DNA of 40,590 nt from an uncultured Candidatus Saccharibacteria bacterium (GTDB lineage Bacteria; Patescibacteriota; WWE3; UBA101185; UBA10185): contig CAZHJE010000001.1 of assembly GCA_964532965.1 (NCBI GenBank), forward strand, positions 10,694 to 51,283, written 5' to 3'. This document shows, piece by piece, positions 35,587 to 40,590 of the stretch; within the stretch, counting starts at the first letter, position 1, and each line of letters begins with the position of its first letter. The position numbers were made by a program, and so were the translations under genes. The notes below the pieces were generated by a model. The model was not told the DNA's origin. It ran no database searches and saw only the letters and a list, made by a program, of their open reading frames with translations.

Positions 35587-37254
35587 TTATCTATTCGAAA
35601 TGCGTACATCTACTAAATGTAAGTCTATATAACTTTTACCGTTATATTGACTTTCACGCACCTTGTAAATTATATCGACATTATCTCCGACTTTAGGCAT
35701 AAAATCAATCATATCTTTAAAATTAAAGAGGATCGCCTTAAAAAACATATCTACAGTTGGATCATATAATCTTAGCGTCAAATGGCTACTTTCTTTTCCA
35801 ACAATATTCGTACCAACTATAGCAACATTTTCTGAAAGAAACGTTGGTTCAAAATTGCCCATTCCATATGGTTTTAATTTTTTTAGGTCATTAAGCAATG
35901 TCATATCTGCAAATTTTATAGGTAACTTAAGATCAATATCAATTGTAGAAATTAACAACTCATCAGCTATGTTTTTTTCAAAATATTCTTCCAAGGTTTG
36001 TTTTAAAAGATCTATTTTTTCTGTTTCTATAGTAAAGCCTGCCGCCATGGGATGCCCGCCAACATTTATAAATAAATCTTCATATTTTCTTAGCACCTCT
36101 ATTATATTTATCGTTGCGACTGATCTCACAGATCCTTTTGAGTGATTGCCATCTATACTAATAACAATTGAAGGGCGGGAATATTTTTGCACTATGCGTG
36201 AGGCTACAAGCCCAATAATACCCTCATGAAATTCTTTATGTGCAGAAATGATAATTTTTGGTATTTTTTCATTATCTTTAAACGTAACTAAGTCATACAT
36301 TTCACTAGTTTTTTGTTGTCTTGAATCATTTGCTTTTGTAATTTTTAACACTTGTTCTTTTAATGCATTTACATCTTTTTCGATAAGCATTTTTAAAGAA
36401 TCAGTTGCATCTGCCATTCGCCCTGTAGCATTTAATTGTGGGCCTATTATCCAGCCCAAGTCGTATGTTCCCACCTCCCTATTTAAAATCCCCAATTCAT
36501 TAAATAATATTTCTAAACCATATGGAGGTTTCGTATTTAATATAGTCAATGCCTCTTTAACAATCGCTCTGTTAAAATCAATTAGTGGAAAAACATCAGT
36601 TACTGTGGCAATGCCCGCAAGTGCTATAGAACTTGTGTCTTTTGAACCTATCGCTTTAGACAATATCCACGAAATAGTAGTCCCAACAATGGTGTCATTC
36701 CACAAGAGAACATCTGGTCTTGGTACATTATGTGGCTTTTGATGGTGATCTGTAAGAATAATCTTATAACCTAGCGATTTAATATAATCAATCTCTTCAA
36801 ATGAAGTAATACCACTATCTACAGTAATAAAAAGAATATCATGCGGCAATTTGGAATATTTATTTTCTAAAATCTTGAACATAGCTTTTATTGAAGCCAT
36901 TGATAAACCATAACCATGTTCAAATCTATTTGGGATAAAAGTGTATACATGTGGGTAATTTAACTCGTATTTTAGTGTGTTATAAATCACACTTGTAGCA
37001 CAAACACCATCAGAATCATAATCTCCGTGAATAATTATTGGGATGTTTTGTGATATACACGTGTGAATTAATTCTTTTGAAGCTTTTAAAGCTTTTTTAA
37101 ATTCACTTGGTAACTGCTCAATATATGTAAGCAGCGCTGGCGGATTTAAAAAAGTATCCGCCTGTTCTTTTGATATTATCCCCCTATTATTTAGCAAGAG
37201 CTGAAGGATTGAATTATTGTCAGTAACTGTATTTAATACATTCCAGTGTTTCAT
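35587..37254 (-). CDS. recJ: Single-stranded-DNA-specific exonuclease RecJ
   Basis: DHH motifs IIIHGDYDSDGVCA and ILTDHHQ; DHHA1 motif GGHPMAAGF. I place the start at ATG 37254 (MKHWNVLN...). The 50-codon upstream extension in the ORF track overlaps secF and looks non-protein-like. Confidence 0.88.
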   Translation of the reverse strand: MKHWNVLNTVTDNNSILQLLLNNRGIISKEQADTFLNPPALLTYIEQLPSEFKKALKASKELIHTCISQNIPIIIHGDYDSDGVCATSVIYNTLKYELNYPHVYTFIPNRFEHGYGLSMASIKAMFKILENKYSKLPHDILFITVDSGITSFEEIDYIKSLGYKIILTDHHQKPHNVPRPDVLLWNDTIVGTTISWILSKAIGSKDTSSIALAGIATVTDVFPLIDFNRAIVKEALTILNTKPPYGLEILFNELGILNREVGTYDLGWIIGPQLNATGRMADATDSLKMLIEKDVNALKEQVLKITKANDSRQQKTSEMYDLVTFKDNEKIPKIIISAHKEFHEGIIGLVASRIVQKYSRPSIVISIDGNHSKGSVRSVATINIIEVLRKYEDLFINVGGHPMAAGFTIETEKIDLLKQTLEEYFEKNIADELLISTIDIDLKLPIKFADMTLLNDLKKLKPYGMGNFEPTFLSENVAIVGTNIVGKESSHLTLRLYDPTVDMFFKAILFNFKDMIDFMPKVGDNVDIIYKVRESQYNGKSYIDLHLVDVRISNR

Positions 37255-37271
37255 ATAACTAACTTCTTTTT

Positions 37272-38186
37272 TTACACTGTCTTTTCCCAATATACAAGAA
37301 ACGGGCTTGCTACAAAAATAGAAGAATATACACCTGAGAGAATACCAATAAATAGTGCAAGTATAAAATACTTTATCGTAATTCCACCAAATAATAATAA
37401 GCACAAAAGAACTAATAATACTGTAAATGATGATGCAATTGATCTGCGTAATGTCTCTGATAAAGATAGACCAACTATTTCTTCAAAAGATTTACCTTTT
37501 TTAAACCTAAGCATGTTTTCCCTTATCCTATCAAAAACAACTATAGTGTCATTTACCGAAAAACCAATAACAGTTAGTATAGCGGTAATAAATAGTAAAT
37601 CTATTTCCACAGCATAAAACTTGCCTAAAAAAGCAAATACGCCAAATACAATAAGTACGTCATGGATCATTGCTAAAAGAGCGCTTATACCAAACTTATA
37701 GCTCTTATATGGAGCAGGGATATTTTTAAATGCATACGAAATGTATGCAAGTATGCCTAAGAACGACAAAAAAAGAGCAATAATTGATTTTTTAATAGCA
37801 TCATACCCAAGCACAGCACCAATCAATTCAAAAGATGTTTTTTGATATGTGTAATCTTTAAAAGTATTAAGATATAAATCGACTTCAGCTAATTTAAGTT
37901 CATCAAATGTTCTGGTAGTTACATCTATAGTATTGCCTTTAAATGATAAACTTATTATATCTACACCTATGGTCTGAAATGTGTCCCGTACCCTATTTAT
38001 AATTATTTCTTCATCTAATAAGGTGGTTACGCTATTATTATTTGAAGCAACTACATAGGTAATTTTAGAACCACCCGTAAAATCAATTGAGAAATTTAAG
38101 CTAAACAGTATTAAAGACAAAATGCTAAACAAAATAAGCGCTAAAGATAGTAACATGTACACTTTTTTGTATTTAAGTATATTCAT
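37272..38186 (-). CDS. secF: Protein translocase subunit SecF
   Basis: 304 aa, six-span pattern, FSIDFTGG, IGFSVNDTIVVFDRIREN. 4-nt overlap with secD. Confidence 0.92.
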   Translation of the reverse strand: MNILKYKKVYMLLSLALILFSILSLILFSLNFSIDFTGGSKITYVVASNNNSVTTLLDEEIIINRVRDTFQTIGVDIISLSFKGNTIDVTTRTFDELKLAEVDLYLNTFKDYTYQKTSFELIGAVLGYDAIKKSIIALFLSFLGILAYISYAFKNIPAPYKSYKFGISALLAMIHDVLIVFGVFAFLGKFYAVEIDLLFITAILTVIGFSVNDTIVVFDRIRENMLRFKKGKSFEEIVGLSLSETLRRSIASSFTVLLVLLCLLLFGGITIKYFILALFIGILSGVYSSIFVASPFLVYWEKTV

Positions 38187-39595
38187 ATAATCTTTTTCTT
38201 AAAGTTAAATATATTCTTTAACATAAACCTTTTGTCTTTATCCATTTTAAATATTGTTATTAATGTTCTAACAACAAACAATGCGCTAAAAAGCGACACA
38301 ATTACTCCTATTGCTAATGTGACAGCAAACCCTCTGATTGTACCTGTGCCCAAGTAAAAAAGAATAAGTGCAGTTAACAAAGACGAAACATTAGAATCTT
38401 TTATAGACGGCCATGCACGCTTAAACCCTTCGGCAATTGCCACACTTTGTGGTTTACCCTTTATAAACTCCTCTTTTACTCTTTCGAATATTAATATGTT
38501 TGCGTCTATTGCAACCCCAATTGAAAGTATAAACCCAGCTATTCCGGGTAAGGTTAAAACTACAGGGATTAGTTTAAACAAAGACAGCATTATTAAACTA
38601 TAAAGTACAAGTGCGAAATCAGCTATTAGCCCCAGTCTTCCGTATAGGAGTACCATAAATAAAAGAATTAAAAACACCGCTAGAATACCTGCAAAAAAAC
38701 TTGCACGTACCGAAGACTCTCCAAGTGTAGCACCAATAGCCTCTTGACTTAATATTTGTACAGGAACTGGTAGGGCGCCCGCGCGTATTTGCAGACTTAA
38801 ATTTTGTGCAGTTTCTAAATCGAAATTACCACTAATTACAGGGTCACCAAATATACCTTCTGCAAGATCAGAACTTACAACAGGCATTGCAAGCGGTACT
38901 TGTTCGTCATTAAAAAAAAGCGCAATAGGTTTATTTATATTTTGTTTTGCAAGCTCTCCAAATTTAGTACGACCATCATCTGAAAATTTGAGTTGCACCT
39001 GTGGAGAACTCGATACCTCGTTTTGTGGAAACAAAATATCTACACCAATTAAATCGGCACCTGAAACATTTGAATCTGCCCAGACAGTTGGATTAAAATA
39101 GTATTCAGAAAATTTACTCTCATCCCATACAACACCAGGAGCTAACTGCCTAAATTGTAATTGTGCTGTCTGCCCAATAATGGATACTGCAGATCTAACA
39201 TCTGTGACACCAGGAATTTCTACCACTATCCTATAATCATTTCCTGATTTCGTTGTAACAATATATGGTTCTGAAACTCCTAGATAATTCACACGTCTTT
39301 CAATAACACCTTTTGCAGCCTCAATTGCATTTTGTTTGTCTAAATCTGTAACCTTAGACATATCAGCCTGAAGTACAATCCTGACACCTCCGCTCAGATC
39401 TAAACCTTTTTTAAAATCTACCATGTCCAAAACAATTTTATTATTAAACAAATTTATATAATACCCACCTATGCTTGTGTCTATATTAAAATACGAACTA
39501 TTGAACTTAATTGGAATGCGTGGTAAAGATATCAAAAAAGATAGCAAAAATACTATTGATATTAATAATACTCTAAAGTGCGTTTTCTTAAACAT
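38183..39595 (-). CDS. secD: Protein translocase subunit SecD
   Basis: 470 aa. LGLDLSGGV, a large periplasmic-type P1 domain, and C-terminal spans with GVAIDANILIFERVKEE. Confidence 0.92.
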   Translation of the reverse strand: MFKKTHFRVLLISIVFLLSFLISLPRIPIKFNSSYFNIDTSIGGYYINLFNNKIVLDMVDFKKGLDLSGGVRIVLQADMSKVTDLDKQNAIEAAKGVIERRVNYLGVSEPYIVTTKSGNDYRIVVEIPGVTDVRSAVSIIGQTAQLQFRQLAPGVVWDESKFSEYYFNPTVWADSNVSGADLIGVDILFPQNEVSSSPQVQLKFSDDGRTKFGELAKQNINKPIALFFNDEQVPLAMPVVSSDLAEGIFGDPVISGNFDLETAQNLSLQIRAGALPVPVQILSQEAIGATLGESSVRASFFAGILAVFLILLFMVLLYGRLGLIADFALVLYSLIMLSLFKLIPVVLTLPGIAGFILSIGVAIDANILIFERVKEEFIKGKPQSVAIAEGFKRAWPSIKDSNVSSLLTALILFYLGTGTIRGFAVTLAIGVIVSLFSALFVVRTLITIFKMDKDKRFMLKNIFNFKKKII

Positions 39596-39601
39596 AAATA
39601 T

Positions 39602-40180
39602 TTACAATGATGTTAATTCTTCTTCGTCGCCAATCAAAATTGTTCTACCTTGCGACAAAACTTTTGAAATAAATTGATCATTCTTTCTCTTTCTAAATAT
39701 AAATTCATCTTCGCCCATTACTGAATAATGAATGTTTTTATTTAAAATAACTTCATTTTCCTTTACAATTTTTTCTAATAAATCAAAGTCTACACTGCCG
39801 ACAATAAATAAATCTACATCAAGTACTGTTGAAGGCTCGTTTCTAGAAAATCTTCTTGCCAAAAGCGCATACTTAATATTACCAAGTGCCTTTCGATTTG
39901 ATAGTATGGATTCTCCTAGATTGGTCTCTTTGGCAACTAAAGATAGCAGCTCAGGATAATATATCGAAGAAGTATCAACAGTATAGTATAAACGATTACT
40001 GCTTTGTCTTTTTTTTAAAAGACCAATACCAGTTAACCTCTCGAGTTCTCTTCTAATAGCATTTATCTCTGTATTCAACTCTCTAACAATAGCCCTAACA
40101 TGTAATGCCTTGTCGGGATTAGGTAACATTAGTTTTAGCATGTTTACACGTACTTCTGATACAAATATATCTTTTAACAT
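39602..40180 (-). CDS. Winged-helix DNA-binding protein with C-terminal nucleotidyltransferase-like domain
   Basis: 192 aa. N-terminal wHTH (VRVNMLKLML...HVRAIVRELNTEINAIRRELERLTGIGLLKK). The C-terminal half has LDVDLFIVG, reminiscent of minimal NTase folds. Family not firmly recognised. Confidence 0.5.
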   Translation of the reverse strand: MLKDIFVSEVRVNMLKLMLPNPDKALHVRAIVRELNTEINAIRRELERLTGIGLLKKRQSSNRLYYTVDTSSIYYPELLSLVAKETNLGESILSNRKALGNIKYALLARRFSRNEPSTVLDVDLFIVGSVDFDLLEKIVKENEVILNKNIHYSVMGEDEFIFRKRKNDQFISKVLSQGRTILIGDEEELTSL

Positions 40181-40221
40181 ATTAATTAAGGGGCAGTTTA
40201 TGAAACTTAGTACTTATACTT

Positions 40222-40590
40222 TTAGTATTTAACTTGGTCAAGATTCCTATCTGGTACTATACTGATCCAGAATTTACCTCTATTAAATTTAATTTCATTT
40301 CCATTTTCATCATAAAAAAAGGTACGTGAGTCTCTGTCTTTTTTTGCCCAAGTAATCTTAGTAACAGCACCATCCATAAATACTAAACCTGATCCACTTC
40401 CTAGCAGTTCATACTCCAATCTATTTTTATCATCACCTGCAATATTACTTTCGGTAGCAAATTGTACTATAACATTCTTAACTTTAATTTGTTCGTTAGT
40501 TTCGCGGTCAACATGCGGCACAGGATTACCTGTTTCATCATACCCTGTAAATCTAAGGTAGGAATTTGTTTCTTTATTCCATTTCCAAAT
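40222..40590 (-). CDS. DUF3048-like protein, C-terminal part (5' end runs off window)
   Basis: The ORF-track start at 40521 is GTG, but the frame stays open to 40590 (IWKWNKETNSYLRFTGYDETGNPVPHVDRE...). NVIVQF..., GSGSGLVFMDG and FYDENGNEIKFNRGKFWISIVP resemble DUF3048 C-terminal domains. Confidence 0.5.
   Translation of the reverse strand: MWKWNKETNSYLRFTGYDETGNPVPHVDRETNEQIKVKNVIVQFATESNIAGDDKNRLEYELLGSGSGLVFMDGAVTKITWAKKDRDSRTFFYDENGNEIKFNRGKFWISIVPDRNLDQVKY

Noticed and set aside
37255-37404. 50-codon N-terminal extension of the RecJ ORF (MLIIIWWNYDKVFYTC...)
   Set aside because: It overlaps the 3' end of secF in another frame and has an implausible W/Y/C/F-rich composition. RecJ homology begins at Met51 (ATG 37254).
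643-39959. About 30 short ORFs in the track lie antisense to or nested within long genes: 643..930, 2602..2835, 3516..3863, 8725..8979, 11629..11853, 11759..11953, 15080..15274, 16492..16695, 17796..17990, 18074..18424, 19147..19329, 19968..20150, 21825..22082, 22607..22903, 23556..23807, 24737..24967, 25058..25246, 26630..26815, 31489..31674, 32612..32812, 33737..33943, 35258..35443, 35855..36145, 36248..36742, 37246..37617, 39471..39677, 39732..39959.
   Set aside because: Each lies entirely inside a longer ORF that has clear family motifs. Their translations are low-complexity and typical of shadow frames in AT-rich DNA, and none has an SD-like start context that I could see.
1-40590. Alternative genetic code (UGA recoding as in some CPR lineages)
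   Set aside because: Conserved proteins (RecA, GltX, AspS, SecD, Ugd) are full length in the standard code. TGA is used as a terminator, for example at 22177-22179.

Overview
AT-rich, very compact 40.6-kb bacterial window that reads cleanly in the standard genetic code. It holds about 40 protein genes, all but two on the minus strand. Gaps are mostly 0-50 nt, with many ATGA, TAATG and 8-32-nt start/stop overlaps. I saw no rRNA, tRNA, CRISPR, transposase or integrase. Positions 1-24511 form one uninterrupted minus-strand array of 22 genes dominated by envelope glycosylation. It contains five polytopic GT-C-type membrane glycosyltransferases (four ArnT/PMT-like, one DUF2079-like), four DPM1/GtrB-like polyprenyl-phosphate-sugar synthase GT2s (one fused to a GtrA domain), one further GT2 and three GT4s. 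It also has two MOP/Wzx-like flippases, one UPF0104 flippase-like protein and UDP-glucose 6-dehydrogenase. Unusual members are a 3Fe-4S-type ferredoxin, a GH42-like barrel, a helical-repeat protein and a membrane-tethered CAP-domain protein. A cytoplasmic PAS histidine kinase is transcribed divergently from this array. Positions 25.7-40.6 kb are housekeeping: hup, ymdB, rny, recX, recA, gltX, a DD-carboxypeptidase, aspS (lacking the GAD insertion), recJ, secF, secD, a wHTH protein and a partial DUF3048-like gene. The gene style suggests a reduced-genome, Gram-positive-like lineage such as Patescibacteria/CPR, but that is inference only. The glycosylation super-operon is the best candidate for an undescribed system. 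All family assignments come from motif recognition by eye; no searches were run.
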